A stretch of 64,000 nucleotides of DNA from Candidatus Latescibacterota bacterium (lineage in GTDB: Bacteria; Latescibacterota; UBA2968; UBA8231): assembly GCA_965219385.1 (NCBI GenBank), contig CBDCNM010000002.1:592639-656638 (forward strand), read 5' to 3'. Below the pieces are notes generated by a model, which made no database searches, had not been told where the DNA came from, and was given only the letters and a program-made list of their open reading frames with translations. Both the position numbers and the translations under genes were made by a program. Within the stretch, counting starts at the first letter, position 1, and each line of letters opens with the position of its first letter. Below, piece after piece: positions 1 through 10,690 of this stretch.

Positions 1-470
1 GGTCACGGCCCTCGGCGTGGATGAAATCCAGTATCGCAAAGGCCATCATTATCTGACCTTGCTGTACCAGATCGACACTCACCACCGCCGCCTGTTGTGG
101 AGGGGCGAAAAGCGGACGATAAAGACCCTGGACGACGGCTTTACCGAACTGGAGCAAGAGCACCAGCGCAAGCAAGAAGCGGCCGGCGAGCAGGAGCCGA
201 GGAGCTTCCTCGGCCCGATTGCCGTCATCTGCTCTGATATCTGGAAAGCCTACCTCACCGTCATCGACCAGCGGCGGCCGGCGGCGGTACACGTTCTCGA
301 CCGCTTTCACCTCATGCAGCCCTTCAGCAAGGCCCTCGACAAAGTCCGTGCCGAAGAGGCCCGCCGACTCAAAGAACAGGGCCAAGATCCCGTCCTGAGC
401 AAGAGCCGCTGGTGCTTCCTGAAGCGCAAGGAGAACCTCAGCGACCCCCAGGCTTTGAAGCTATCCGCGC
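1..470 (+). pseudogene. ISL3-family transposase fragment, truncated by IS630 insertion
   Basis: LGVDEIQYRKGHHYLT, ICSDIWKAY, HVLDRFHL and SRWCFLKRKENL are typical ISL3 DDE motifs. The frame runs into the IS630 end at CTAG 470-473. Confidence 0.85.
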
Positions 471-1654
471 TAGTGTTGTGTCGTAGAGATTCGTTCACAA
501 AGTCTCTTGATTTTCGCGAGGATGGAATCGGCCGTAGCCGTCCATACGAAAGGGTGCGCGTTGGCGTTCCATTGGGCGGTATAGCGTTCGATGCGCTCGA
601 TGCGCTCGATGCGCTCTCTTACCTTGCGGAACGAGTGCCGCCGAACCGCCTGGCGCGTGATGATGTTGAACCCAATCTCCACCTGGTTGAGCCACGAAGC
701 ATAGGGGGGGGTGTAGTGAAGGTGAAATCGGGGGCGCCGCGCCAGCCACTTTTTGACCTTGGCATGCTTGTGGGTGGCGTAATGGTCAACCACGAGATGC
801 ACGTCGAGACCGCGGGGGCACGTTGTCCTCGATGTGGCGTAGGAACGGGAGGAACTCCTGGTGACGATGACGGGGCTTGCACGGAGTCATCACTTCACCG
901 GTGGCCACGTCCAGGGCGGCAAACAGAGTGGTGGTGCCATGGCGCTTGTAGTCGTGCGTAACCCCTTCCACGTAGCCCAGGCCCAGGGGCAACAGGGGCT
1001 GACTTCGTTCCAACGCCTGGATCTGGCTCTTCTCGTCGACGCATAAAACCAGGGCGTGCTCGGGGGGATGCATGTATAAGCCGACGATATCCCGTACTTT
1101 GTCGACCAAGAAAGGATCGGTGGAAAGCTTGAAGTGCTTGTGTCGGTGGGGCTGCAAACCATACGTGCGCCCGATGCGATGCACCGCGTCCTTGGTGAGG
1201 CCGGTTTCCGCGCCCATGGAGCGCACCGACCACTGGGTTCGGTCTTTGGGGCTTGGTCTTCAGCGTCTTGTATACCACCTCGGCCACCTGCTCGTCGGTG
1301 ATCGATCGCGGCGCCCCTGAACGCAGTTCATCATGCAAGCCATGGAGTCCGTTTTCGAGAAAACGCCGGCGCCACTTGCCCACCGTAGCGCGCGTCACAC
1401 CCACCGCTGCAGCGACCGCTTCATGGGGCCAGCCTTCGGCGGCCAAAAGGACGATCTCCGCTCGCCGCACCCACCCGTGTGGAAGACTCCGTGATTGGGC
1501 CATCGATTCCAATTGTTCTCGGGCCGACGCACTCAGCGCTAACGGCGTTAACGGACGCCCCATCGCCATAGATCTCTCCTTTCAGAAGGGGTGGTAAGAG
1601 AAACCTACGACATGACCACCATCTCGTAAAGTTATTTATACGACGCAACACTAG
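470..1654 (-). mobile_element. IS630-family insertion sequence with a frameshifted transposase
   Basis: Terminal IRs CTAGTGTTGTGTCGTA (470-485) and TACGACGCAACACTAG (1639-1654), with CTAG at both ends. Transposase split over ORFs 895-1569 (HTH), 786-1226 (VLCVDEKSQIQAL, HDYKRHGTTTLFAAL) and 470-802 (HLVVDHYATHK, SWLNQVE). Confidence 0.92.
588..614. repeat. 9-bp tandem repeat (TCGATGCGC)x3 inside the IS630 transposase
   Basis: Directly visible; encodes ERIERIERIER on the minus strand. Confidence 0.85.
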
Positions 1655-2379
1655 ACCGGGAAGAGCTGGAGCAGGTCGTGGACGATGCCACCCGGGTGCT
1701 GATCCTCAACACCCCCCACAACCCCACAGGCAAGGTGTTTACTCGCGCAGAACTGCTCTTCATCGCCGATTTGTGCCAGCGCCGCAACCTCCTGGTCATC
1801 ACCGACGAAATCTACGAGCACATCCTCTACGACGGACGCCGGCACTACTGCATGGCCACCTTTGAAGGCATGAAGGACCGGACCTTTGTGGTGAACTCCA
1901 TCTCCAAGACCGGCAATGCCACGGGCTGGCGGATCGGCTGGGTGCTGTCTCCTACCGCCTACACCACCCGCATCAGGAGCATTCACGACACCCTGGTCGT
2001 CCAGGCGCCCACGCCTCTGCAAAAAGGCACCGAGCAATTGCTCGGCCTGGACCGCCAGGTATACGGCAAAATCGCCCGGCACTATACCCGGAAACGCGCG
2101 GTGTTGGTGCAGGGGCTAAGAGCGGCGAGTTTCCGCGTTTCCCTGCCCGAAGGCTCCTACTATCTCTTTGCGGACTACCGCCAGGTGCCGGCCTTGCGCC
2201 GGCTGGGACCTGAAGACGCGGCCCTTTTCCTCATTGAGAAAGTGGGTGTAGCTCCGGTGCCGGGGGCCAACTTCTACCACATCGGCGACGAGGGCGACCG
2301 CTACCTCCGCTTCGCCTTTTGCCGCAGTGTCGAGAGCCTCCAGGAAGCCTGTCACCGGCTGGCGCGGAATCTTGGCTAG
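1651..2379 (+). pseudogene. PLP-dependent class I/II aminotransferase, 5'-truncated
   Basis: NTPHNPTG, DEIYE, SISKTGNATGWRIG and YLRFAF motifs. The frame begins exactly at the IS630 CTAG and the N-terminal region is missing. Confidence 0.85.
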
Positions 2380-3575
2380 CGAATCTGCCGCACCAAAAGC
2401 CGCACCTTTGGGGGCCTGACCTCCACCACCTTCAGACCGGCCGGATGGCGCACGGCCTCGCGCGAAATCGCGAAGGTCCGGCGCCTCAGTTTGACCAGGG
2501 ATGTATCGCCTACGATCAACTGAAAATCCGCTACCTGAGCCAGCAGCAACGCCCGCCGCGGCCCCTTCACCGTCACCTCCACCACCTCCGGCTCCACCCC
2601 TTCGAGGGCGTACCCCTGCGGCATGTTTTCCACCACCACGGGCACGATATAGGTTAACTGACCCACGGTCGAACCCGGCACGAACACTACCCAGCCGGCC
2701 AGGGCCAGGACAAAGGCGGCCAGGCCCTCCAGACCGCGACGCCGCACCTGCTGCCGCTGGGCCCGGCGCCGCCGGCCGGATTGCGGTCCCAGGCGCGCCA
2801 GGTGCTGGCGCATGGCGCCCTGCAGGTGCTCGGGATCCTCCAGCACCTGCAGCCGGCCGCGGCGGGCCACCGCCACCGTGCCGCGTTCCTCCGACACCAC
2901 CACGCACAGGGCATCGCAGCGCTCGGCCAGCCCCAGCGCCGCGGCGTGCCGCGTGCCTCCCGGTCCCAGGCGGGCGTGGTCTTCGGTGAGGGGCAGGTGC
3001 ACGGCAAAACGCACGATCCGGTCGCCCTGGACCAGGATCGCGCCGTCGTGCCCCGGCGAACTTGGGTCGAAAATGCTCAGCAGCAATTCTTCGCTGATCA
3101 CCGCATCCAGGGCCGTACCCCCCTGGAGGTGGCGCTCCAGGGGCTCGCGGCCCGGCAGGACCAGCAGGGCGCCGGTGCGGGTGCGCGCCAGGTGCAAAAG
3201 AGCGCCGGCCAGGATGGCGAGGCCGTCGGTGCGGGTGCGCGCCGGACGCCGGCGCAACCCCAGGACGGCGATTTGTTCGAAGAGGCGGCGCAGATCGTCC
3301 TGAAAAACCACCACCAGGAGGATGACCACCACGGCGAAGAAACCCTGGAAGAACCAGGCCGTCAGCTGCAATTCCAGCTGCAGGGCGATCAGGTAGAATC
3401 CGCCCAGGATCCCCAGGCCGAGCAGGGCCAGGCTGGCGTGGACCCGGCGCGTCCAGGCGATCAAGGCCCACAGCAACAGACCTACCACCCCGACGTCGAC
3501 TACATCTTTCACCCCAATTACTACTCCGACGTCGACTATGTCTTTCATCCCGATTTCCAGCAAGGAGTCCAGCAT
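2376..3575 (-). CDS. cdaA: Diadenylate cyclase (CdaA/DisA_N) with N-terminal TM helices and a C-terminal YbbR-like domain
   Basis: Three TM segments, VVVFQDDLRR, SPGHDGAIL and GTRHAAALGLAERCDALCVVVSEERG. After a further TM helix the C-terminus is YbbR-like (VPVVVENMPQGY...VEVTVKGPR). Confidence 0.85.
   Translation of the reverse strand: MLDSLLEIGMKDIVDVGVVIGVKDVVDVGVVGLLLWALIAWTRRVHASLALLGLGILGGFYLIALQLELQLTAWFFQGFFAVVVILLVVVFQDDLRRLFEQIAVLGLRRRPARTRTDGLAILAGALLHLARTRTGALLVLPGREPLERHLQGGTALDAVISEELLLSIFDPSSPGHDGAILVQGDRIVRFAVHLPLTEDHARLGPGGTRHAAALGLAERCDALCVVVSEERGTVAVARRGRLQVLEDPEHLQGAMRQHLARLGPQSGRRRRAQRQQVRRRGLEGLAAFVLALAGWVVFVPGSTVGQLTYIVPVVVENMPQGYALEGVEPEVVEVTVKGPRRALLLAQVADFQLIVGDTSLVKLRRRTFAISREAVRHPAGLKVVEVRPPKVRLLVRQIR
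3483..3554. repeat. Imperfect 36-bp tandem duplication in the cdaA 5' end
   Basis: Two 36-nt units, 30/36 identical, encoding IGMKDIVDVGVV / IGVKDVVDVGVV. Confidence 0.85.
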
Positions 3576-3638
3576 ACCGGTTCAACTCGCGGCGTAGCGC
3601 AGCGCCGATTCACGGGGCTTGCAGCCACCCGTAGGATC

Positions 3639-5252
3639 TCAATCCGGATAAATCCACGGCACTCCCCGGATGAGCGCCTCGCGTTGCTCCTCCATCATGA
3701 CCTCGATCACGGTCGGCCCCACCTCTTTCAGGGCTGCGGCAAAGACCGCGGGAAACCCCTCCGGCTCTTCCACCCGGATGCCGCAAACCCCCATGGCCCG
3801 GGCCAGATCGGCCAGGTGGGGGGTGTGCATGTCGGTGTCGATGGTGCGTCCATCGAAATCTTTGGCCTGGGATCCGCGGATGGCGCTCAGACTGCCGTCG
3901 CTGACCACCACGAAAACCACCTGGATCCGATGCTCGGCCGCGGTGGCCAGTTCGTAGGCGGTCATCTGGAACCCGCCGTCGCCGCAAAAGGCCACGACCT
4001 GCCGGTCGGGACAGGCCAAGCGGGCGCCGATGGCCGCCGGCACCGCAAAACCCAGGGTGACGTAGTGGCACGGGTAGAGGAAGGTGCGGGGCTGGTACAC
4101 GGGGAATTCGTCAAAGCCCCGGTAGGAGATGCAGGTGACGTCCATCACTGCGATGGCGTCGGGGTCCAGGAGGCCCCGCATGGCCGCCAGGAGCGGCAGA
4201 GACGGCTGCGCCGCGGTTTGATCCCGGCGCAGCTGCTCCACCAGGCCGTCCCACCCGGTTTGTCCTCCCTGAGCCTGGAGGGCCTCCTGCAACAGGGGAA
4301 GGGCCTGCTTCAGGTCCCCGACTACCCCGGCGTCGACTGGGAACTCGCGGCCGATCTCGGCGGAATCCGGGTCGAGTTGCACCCGGGGCACGGGCCGGTC
4401 CATGCTCCAAGCTGCCGTGTCGATCTGGGTAAACCGGCACCCGAGCGCCAGCAGCCCGTCCGCCGCGCCCAGGATGCTCCGGCCCAGCCGGCCCTGGCAG
4501 TGCTCGCCGCACAGGGGGTGGCCGTCGGCCAAGGTGCCCTTGCCCAAGCGGGTCAGCACCACCGGGGCTTGCCACGCTTCGGCCAACTGGCGCAGTTCGG
4601 CGGTGGCCCCAGCCGCCATCACGTTCCCTCCGGCCAGGATGGCCGGACGCCTGCACCCACTCAGGATCGCGGCGGCACGCCGCATGGCCTCCGGGTCGGG
4701 CGCGGGCAGGTCCCCCTCCACGTAGGTGGGGATCTCCACATCCCCTGGAGTGGCGGCCACATCCGCGGGCAGGTCAATGACCGCCGGCCCCGGCCGCGGC
4801 GCCCGCAGGGCTTTGAAGGCCCCGATCAGGGCCGCGGGAATTTCCTCGACGCTGCGGGGTCGGGCGAAAAAGCGGGTGATGGGCGCAAAGAAGGCCGCCT
4901 GGTCCAGGCCGTGAAAGCACTTGCTGCGCGCCCGCCCGTCGTAGGCGACTTCGGTGCCGCCGGTGATCAGGAGCACGGGCACGCAGTCGGCGCAGGCGTC
5001 GCCCAGCCCGGTGGAGGCATTGGTCGACCCGGGGCCCGGCACGGTGAGGGCCACCCCCACCTCGCCGGAGGCGCGCGCATAGCCGCTGGCCATCAAGGTG
5101 GCGGCCTGTTCGTTGCGGATCAGGTAGTGGTTGATGCCCCCGCCCCGCAGCAGGCAGTCGTATATGCGGCTGTTCTGGGTGCCCGGCATCCCCACCAGGC
5201 AACGCACCCCCTGGGCCTTGAGGCCCTCGATCAGGATCTCGCCCCCTATCAT
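3639..5252 (-). CDS. Thiamine pyrophosphate-binding protein (acetolactate synthase-like)
   Basis: RNEQAATLMASGYARASG, VPGPGSTN and the TPP motif GDGGFQM. Start taken at MIGGEIL. Confidence 0.88.
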   Translation of the reverse strand: MIGGEILIEGLKAQGVRCLVGMPGTQNSRIYDCLLRGGGINHYLIRNEQAATLMASGYARASGEVGVALTVPGPGSTNASTGLGDACADCVPVLLITGGTEVAYDGRARSKCFHGLDQAAFFAPITRFFARPRSVEEIPAALIGAFKALRAPRPGPAVIDLPADVAATPGDVEIPTYVEGDLPAPDPEAMRRAAAILSGCRRPAILAGGNVMAAGATAELRQLAEAWQAPVVLTRLGKGTLADGHPLCGEHCQGRLGRSILGAADGLLALGCRFTQIDTAAWSMDRPVPRVQLDPDSAEIGREFPVDAGVVGDLKQALPLLQEALQAQGGQTGWDGLVEQLRRDQTAAQPSLPLLAAMRGLLDPDAIAVMDVTCISYRGFDEFPVYQPRTFLYPCHYVTLGFAVPAAIGARLACPDRQVVAFCGDGGFQMTAYELATAAEHRIQVVFVVVSDGSLSAIRGSQAKDFDGRTIDTDMHTPHLADLARAMGVCGIRVEEPEGFPAVFAAALKEVGPTVIEVMMEEQREALIRGVPWIYPD

Positions 5253-5262
5253 GCGTCCTCCG

Positions 5263-5457
5263 CTAAAGGCCAATGGCCGCGATAAAGGGTCGCCGAGGCG
5301 CGAAATCACCGTTGCGCCCGTGGGCATAGTAGCTCAGGTTGGGGCCGCGGATGCCGCAGGAGCGCACCTTTACCAGGACCTGATTGGGATCGAGTGACGG
5401 CGCCTCGTCCTGCTGGGCGCGCGGGTCTTTGGCGCCATGCAGGTAATAGGCTTTCAT
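5263..5457 (-). pseudogene. N-terminal remnant of a Zn-dependent alcohol/sugar dehydrogenase
   Basis: MKAYYLHGAKD...QVLVKVRSCGIRGPNLSYYAHG resembles a degenerate GICGSD motif; stops after about 64 aa. Confidence 0.7.
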
Positions 5458-5532
5458 GGAATCAATCAATTTTCCTTGCCTCCCATCCGGGCGGAAAAGC
5501 GCGCCTGCAAGCGGGGGTTTTCAGGCGGTTTC

Positions 5533-6717
5533 TCAAAGAGAGCGCAATGCCGTGCCGATGCTGCGTAGCTGCTCCTCGCGAAACAGCCCGTAGCTGTGGA
5601 ATATGGCGCCTGCCACCCCGGCATCCGCTACCGCTCTCATCTCCTCTGCCAGCAGATCCTGCTCGGGAGCCGCACGCGCCTGTAAAGTGACGAAGACCTT
5701 GCCCTCGGGCGCCATCTGACCGACCAGATCCCGCACCTCCTGGCGCGCCTCGTCTCCCTTCGAGGCGAGGTGGTGGATAGCGCGATCGATGCTTTTGTTG
5801 ATGGCCGGCTCCAGGTCGTTGCGCCGGGCCGAATCCGGGGTGGCCAGGCTGGTGTGGATCCTGGCCCCGCTGGCGTGGATCACCTCGGCGACCTGGAGCC
5901 ACAGATCCGTGGTGTGCTTGCTGCCGATCTCCAGGTATTGTTGAAGCCGGCCGTCGAATTCTGTTGCGCTCCACTCCTCGGTGACCGGCAACAGGTCCTC
6001 CTCGGTGGGCACGCGTGCCAGACGGGGCCGAAGCCATTCGACTACTTCGCGGCGAAAGCCCTCGGCGTCCATGCCCGCTGCCCTGGCGTTTGCCACCGAA
6101 GCCGGATTGAAGCACAGCGCCAGCACGAAAGCGCAGCGCGGCGTTATGTCTCCGCGCCGTTTGGACGGGGCCGAAAACCCCCGCCGCATCAGGGATTCGA
6201 TCACCACCCCCGCAGGTTTGAATCTTTCGACGATCTCACCGGTCAAGGCCAGGAAGTAGCCCTGGACATCCCGGGGCGCGGTGCTGAGCTGGCCCACGTA
6301 GGGGGTGCCAAAGGCATCGTGCCTGGCGAACTGGGGGTAGTGTTCGGTCAGGTAGTCCTGGAAGGTGTACACGGTCCAGGCGACGAACTCCAGGTCGCGC
6401 CGGTTTATGGCTTCGACCATGCGGTCGAAATAACCGTGGTTTGTGACCTCCACGCTGACCCGGGGCTGTATGCGGGTGTCGCTATAGCGGGAACGATCGG
6501 GCGAGAAATAGATCGCGCCGTTCTCACCGAAGTAGATGGGTTTTTCGGGATGGTGCGGCCGGAAGAAGATCGAGCGGTGGTAGCAGGGGGTCAGCCAGAC
6601 TTCCCGGCAGCCGGTCAGATCAACGATCTGGCTCAGGGCCTCGTCGATGCCCTGGTCGGCCAGGGCCCACGGGTAGGTATAAAGAGCTCCGATGAATTTG
6701 TCTTCAGGCATGTCCAA
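5533..6717 (-). CDS. Hypothetical protein, possibly glycoside hydrolase-like TIM barrel
   Basis: 394-aa ORF with protein-like composition (YTYPW...CYH motif); the fold call is tentative. Confidence 0.6.
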   Translation of the reverse strand: MDMPEDKFIGALYTYPWALADQGIDEALSQIVDLTGCREVWLTPCYHRSIFFRPHHPEKPIYFGENGAIYFSPDRSRYSDTRIQPRVSVEVTNHGYFDRMVEAINRRDLEFVAWTVYTFQDYLTEHYPQFARHDAFGTPYVGQLSTAPRDVQGYFLALTGEIVERFKPAGVVIESLMRRGFSAPSKRRGDITPRCAFVLALCFNPASVANARAAGMDAEGFRREVVEWLRPRLARVPTEEDLLPVTEEWSATEFDGRLQQYLEIGSKHTTDLWLQVAEVIHASGARIHTSLATPDSARRNDLEPAINKSIDRAIHHLASKGDEARQEVRDLVGQMAPEGKVFVTLQARAAPEQDLLAEEMRAVADAGVAGAIFHSYGLFREEQLRSIGTALRSL

Positions 6718-6943
6718 TCATGTCCAATCTCCGGTTTGTCGGTAATTGTACGTGCTGTCGGCGAAGGTATTGCAATCCTATCCGGCCGTCAAGCAAGCAG
6801 CGGAGCGCTGGGGCGAAAGTTTACCCGCGTTAGCTGGACTTGCACCAGAAAGCGGCAGATTATATACTCGATACCTCTCGGACGGCCGCCCGCCGATTTC
6901 GCCAGGCACCGACCGTCAACACAACCCGGAGAATGAAAACCCA

Positions 6944-7981
6944 ATGCCCGAAAAAACCGTAGACCTGAGAAGCGATACAACCACCCGCCCCACCCAGGAA
7001 ATGCGCCAAGCCATGGCCCAGGCCGCTGTAGGGGACGACGCCTACGGCGAAGACCCCACCGTAAACCAACTCCAGGACCTGGCCGCGGCAAAGCTGGGCA
7101 CGGAGGCCGCCCTCTACGTGCCCAGCGGCTCCATGGGCAACCGCTGCGCCCTGACCACCCAGACCAACCCGGGCGAGGCCGTGCTCTTCGAGGAGCATGC
7201 CCACCCCTCCGTGTGCGCCGCCGGAGAGTACGCCGGAGTGCAAACCTATCCCCTAGCAGCCGAGTACGGCATGATCACCCCCGCGCAAGTCCGGGAAATG
7301 GTCAACGCTGCCCGCGCCGACGGGGCCCGACCCACCTTGCTGTGCGTCGAAAACACCCACAACTTCAGCGGCGGCGCCGCGTGGTTGCCCGCCGACCTGG
7401 AAAAGCTGTGCGGCACCGCTCGCGAGCACGGCCTGAAGGTCCACATGGACGGCGCCCGGCTCTTCAATGCAGCGGTGGCTCGGGGCGTGGAGGTGCAGGA
7501 GTTCACCCGGGGCGTGGACTCGGTCATGTTCTGCGTGTCCAAGGGCCTCAGCGCACCGGTGGGCTCCCTGCTGTGCGGCAGCCGCGAACTCATCGACCAG
7601 GCCCGTACTGTGCGCAAGGACCTGGGTGGGAATATGCGCCAGGCCGGCGTGATTGCCGCCGCCGGCATCGTGGCCCTGGAAAACATGGTGGAGCGGCTGG
7701 AGGAAGACCACCGGCTGGCGCACTACCTCTTTAAAAAGCTACAACCCATCTCGGGCATAAAAGCAACACAACCCCCCACGCCCACCAACTTCGTCATGGT
7801 GGACGTCTCCGCACTGGGCTGGAAGGCCGAGAACCTGACCGAAAAGTGGAAGGCCGTGGGCATCCTGGCGCACCCGCGGCCCCCGACCCGGACCCGTCTG
7901 GTGGTCCACCGCCACCTCACCGCCGAAGATGCGGATTACGTGGCAACGACCACGCGCCGACTCTTAGAGGAAGAAGGATGA
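6944..7981 (+). CDS. ltaE: Low-specificity L-threonine aldolase
   Basis: [34 protein letters not shown] and [10 protein letters not shown] motifs. Confidence 0.9.
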   Translation: MPEKTVDLRSDTTTRPTQEMRQAMAQAAVGDDAYGEDPTVNQLQDLAAAKLGTEAALYVPSGSMGNRCALTTQTNPGEAVLFEEHAHPSVCAAGEYAGVQTYPLAAEYGMITPAQVREMVNAARADGARPTLLCVENTHNFSGGAAWLPADLEKLCGTAREHGLKVHMDGARLFNAAVARGVEVQEFTRGVDSVMFCVSKGLSAPVGSLLCGSRELIDQARTVRKDLGGNMRQAGVIAAAGIVALENMVERLEEDHRLAHYLFKKLQPISGIKATQPPTPTNFVMVDVSALGWKAENLTEKWKAVGILAHPRPPTRTRLVVHRHLTAEDADYVATTTRRLLEEEG

Positions 7982-8165
7982 GTCAGTACCCCGGCCTCGG
8001 CCACCATAATCGAGCGCCTCAAGACCTGCCAGGACCGCCCCATGCTCGCCCACCCCGTAGCCCCCGAAATCCCCATTGCCCACAAGAGCGGCTCGAGCGG
8101 CCGCGTCAAGGGGGATGTGGGTATGATCTTTCTACTCGACCAACCTGTCATAAGCCTCTCTACCC
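7982..8165 (+). pseudogene. C-terminal remnant of a class A beta-lactamase-like serine hydrolase
   Basis: IPIAHKSGSSGRVKGDVGMIF matches the H-K-[TS]-G...D-V-G box. No N-terminal SxxK region. Confidence 0.6.
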
Positions 8166-9577
8166 TGGCGGAAGAGATCTTTGACATCCTGGCGCTGCTG
8201 GTCGTTGTTGTAGCGCCCCACAGTGTCAATCCACTTGAGGGACTCGTCAATGGAGTGCAGGAAGAAACGGGCTGCATCCGAACGCTGGGGCGGTGGCGGG
8301 CCGCACTTGAAGTAGGTGGGACTGGAGTGGGCGTAGAGGGACTGGTCAAAGCTGTCGCGCGCCTCGCCCCACAGCCGGGCGGCGACCCAGCCGTCGCGCT
8401 CGACCTCGAACCGGTGGCGGAGCTGGCCCTCCCGCAAACCTTCGGGCCACTCCTGGCCGTGCACCACCGAGCCGTTGACCACCAGCTCGACCCGTTCCAG
8501 CGGGTAGTGCGAGCGGAAGCTGACCTCGGCCTCCACCCGGCCGCCGCCCGGCAGCTCGACCGTGCCGCCCATTTCCTGGTCGTTCACCCGCAGGTCCATG
8601 GCCGGTCCGTTGGTGATGAAGGTGCGACCGGCCTTCATGCCCTCGATCCAGCTGGCGTAGGAGAATTCTTCCCGAGTGTTCACGTAGACCCGGTTGTTGG
8701 AGCACACGAACCAGTCGGTGCCGGTGGAGGCCGGCAGGCGGATGCCGCAGTTGAGCAGCTTGTACCACAGATCGTACTCCGGGTCCATCCAGAACGGGTC
8801 GAAGAGGTTGAAGGCGTCCAGCTTGCCCAGGGCCGCAGCCACGGGGGCTTCCATGCCGCGGCCGTTGTGGCACCAGATCACCACCCCGCCTTGGTCGCGG
8901 GTTTCGTCGCAGCAAAAGCACAGGGGCGGGTAGTCCGGATCGAACTGGGCGGTGAGGGTGTGGCCGCGGCTCACCGGCTGCACCAGATTGCGGATGTTGA
9001 GGAACATGACGTGGCCGTAGCCGAACCCCCAGGGCGAGTGGTCGCCGTAGTGGCGGTTTTCCTCGCCGATGTCGAGGACGTGGTGAGCGGTGGTGAATTC
9101 GTTCATCACGCCGATGGGGTACTTGTTGCTGGCATAGGGAAGCTGGCGCCGGTCCAGGACGCTGACCACGGTCACATTGTAGCCCTCGACGCTGCAGTCC
9201 ACCCCCAGACGCTGGTCCGGCCGGGTTTCCTTCTCGTCGTAGTGGATGTGGGTATTGCCCGGGTACCAGTGGGTTTCCTGGGGATAGTACCAGCGCTTGA
9301 TGGGGACCTCGACGTCCACGGTGCCCTTTTCGGGCAGGTCGACCACGACGCGGGCGGGTTCGTACTCGGTGCCGCGTTCGACCAGGATGTCGGTGCGCCC
9401 CCGACCGCCCCGGACCTCGAATTCCCCGTCCGAAAAAAAGAAGGGGGTGCCCGGGCCGCGCTTGAGCAGGGCTCCGGCCGGGTGCGAAAAACCGCCCATG
9501 GCGTCGACCACGTGGACCTTGGCGTCGATCTTTTCGTTGGTGGCCGCGTCGATGATGGTGCCGTGCAGGAGTCCCAT
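8132..9577 (-). CDS. CehA/McbA-family (PHP-like) metallohydrolase
   Basis: GNTHIH, EENRH, WCHNG, STGTDW, GRTFITNGP and AHSSP motifs. Confidence 0.8.
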   Translation of the reverse strand: MGLLHGTIIDAATNEKIDAKVHVVDAMGGFSHPAGALLKRGPGTPFFFSDGEFEVRGGRGRTDILVERGTEYEPARVVVDLPEKGTVDVEVPIKRWYYPQETHWYPGNTHIHYDEKETRPDQRLGVDCSVEGYNVTVVSVLDRRQLPYASNKYPIGVMNEFTTAHHVLDIGEENRHYGDHSPWGFGYGHVMFLNIRNLVQPVSRGHTLTAQFDPDYPPLCFCCDETRDQGGVVIWCHNGRGMEAPVAAALGKLDAFNLFDPFWMDPEYDLWYKLLNCGIRLPASTGTDWFVCSNNRVYVNTREEFSYASWIEGMKAGRTFITNGPAMDLRVNDQEMGGTVELPGGGRVEAEVSFRSHYPLERVELVVNGSVVHGQEWPEGLREGQLRHRFEVERDGWVAARLWGEARDSFDQSLYAHSSPTYFKCGPPPPQRSDAARFFLHSIDESLKWIDTVGRYNNDQQRQDVKDLFRQGREAYDRLVE

Positions 9578-9587
9578 GATCGTCCTC

Positions 9588-10640
9588 TCAATTCAGGTTG
9601 TAGGTCTCGTAGGGTTTTTCGCAGGGGTTGCCCCGGCTTATGTGGATGCGCCCGGCGTCGGCCTCGATGATCACCGAGAATACGCTGACCCAGAATCCGT
9701 TGGTGGGGTGCTCGTTGGGGTGGCGACAGATGGATTTGGGATGATTGTCGTGGTCCCGCAGGGCCGCCTTCATGCTCTCCAAGCTCAGGGGGAGGTCGCT
9801 CTGGTCGAAAAGTTTTTCGATCCGCAGCTTGCGCGGTTTGGACTGGATCAGTTCGGCAAACTGGTCGTTGATCGGCACCAGGTCCGGGTGCAGGCAGTGG
9901 TTGGTGTGCACCACCCGGCCCTGGCTCTCGTCGCGCAGCACGTGGACGTCGTCCACGGTTATTTCTAGATCGGCCGGTCCCTGGGGCGTGGCCAGGATGA
10001 GGTTGGCGGGGATGGCGCGCTCGGCCCGACGCACCGCCTCTATGGTGTCGTAGAGGGTGTTGGTTTCGTAGATGGCGCGCACCGTGAAGTAGTGCGGCAC
10101 GCCCAGGCGGCGGCTGGGTGCGGGCAGGGTGTTCATGCACATGCCGATGCCCTGGTCGTTGAGGCCGATGTAGGCGATGAGGCCGGCCTGGGTGATGGTC
10201 ATGAGGGCGGGTTTGCCCTCGGGTCTCCGCGTCAGCACCACGGTGAAGGGATCCAGGGCCGGGTCGTTGTCCCAGTTCTGGCCGACGATGGCGCTTTCTT
10301 CGGTGCTGGCTCCGCGGGTGATCGAAAAGGAGGTGCAGCCGGCGTCGGGCTGCAGCTGGTTGCGGATCTGCAGCAGGATCAACTCCTCCAGGGAGACGCC
10401 GGCGCCTTCCTGCATGCCGCGCAGCTCTGCGAGCATATCCGGGCTGTAGGCTTGGATATGGGGGATGCTGTCGCGGCACACGGCCATGGCATTCTCGCGC
10501 GATACGGGGATGGTTTTGTTGACGCGTTCGAGGGCGATGGCGGCAAAGCCGCGGATTTCTTCGCGCGCGGCTTTGCCGAGCTGGCGGCCCATTGCGAAGG
10601 GGGTGCCGCTCACTTCGATTTCGCGGTAGCGGGTTTCCAT
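9588..10640 (-). CDS. Peptidase C45 / acyl-CoA:6-APA acyltransferase-like Ntn hydrolase
   Basis: GCTSF autocleavage site, GQNWD and HTNH motifs. Confidence 0.85.
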   Translation of the reverse strand: METRYREIEVSGTPFAMGRQLGKAAREEIRGFAAIALERVNKTIPVSRENAMAVCRDSIPHIQAYSPDMLAELRGMQEGAGVSLEELILLQIRNQLQPDAGCTSFSITRGASTEESAIVGQNWDNDPALDPFTVVLTRRPEGKPALMTITQAGLIAYIGLNDQGIGMCMNTLPAPSRRLGVPHYFTVRAIYETNTLYDTIEAVRRAERAIPANLILATPQGPADLEITVDDVHVLRDESQGRVVHTNHCLHPDLVPINDQFAELIQSKPRKLRIEKLFDQSDLPLSLESMKAALRDHDNHPKSICRHPNEHPTNGFWVSVFSVIIEADAGRIHISRGNPCEKPYETYNLN

Positions 10641-10690
10641 CGGGTCGTCACCTCCTTTAGAAGCCTTCTTAACTACGCGGCCCATCAGAT

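Noticed and set aside
17..961. 314-aa ORF as an intact transposase
   Set aside because: After position 470 it reads through the antisense strand of IS630.
2781..5285. 834-aa plus-strand ORF and similar long ORFs (most of 8042-9670, 43683-44936, 17005-18489, 23716-25080)
   Set aside because: Antisense shadows of well-supported genes in GC-rich DNA; no motifs.
10657..10672. TTAGAAGCCTTCTTAA as a MITE excision footprint
   Set aside because: Too short to distinguish from chance.
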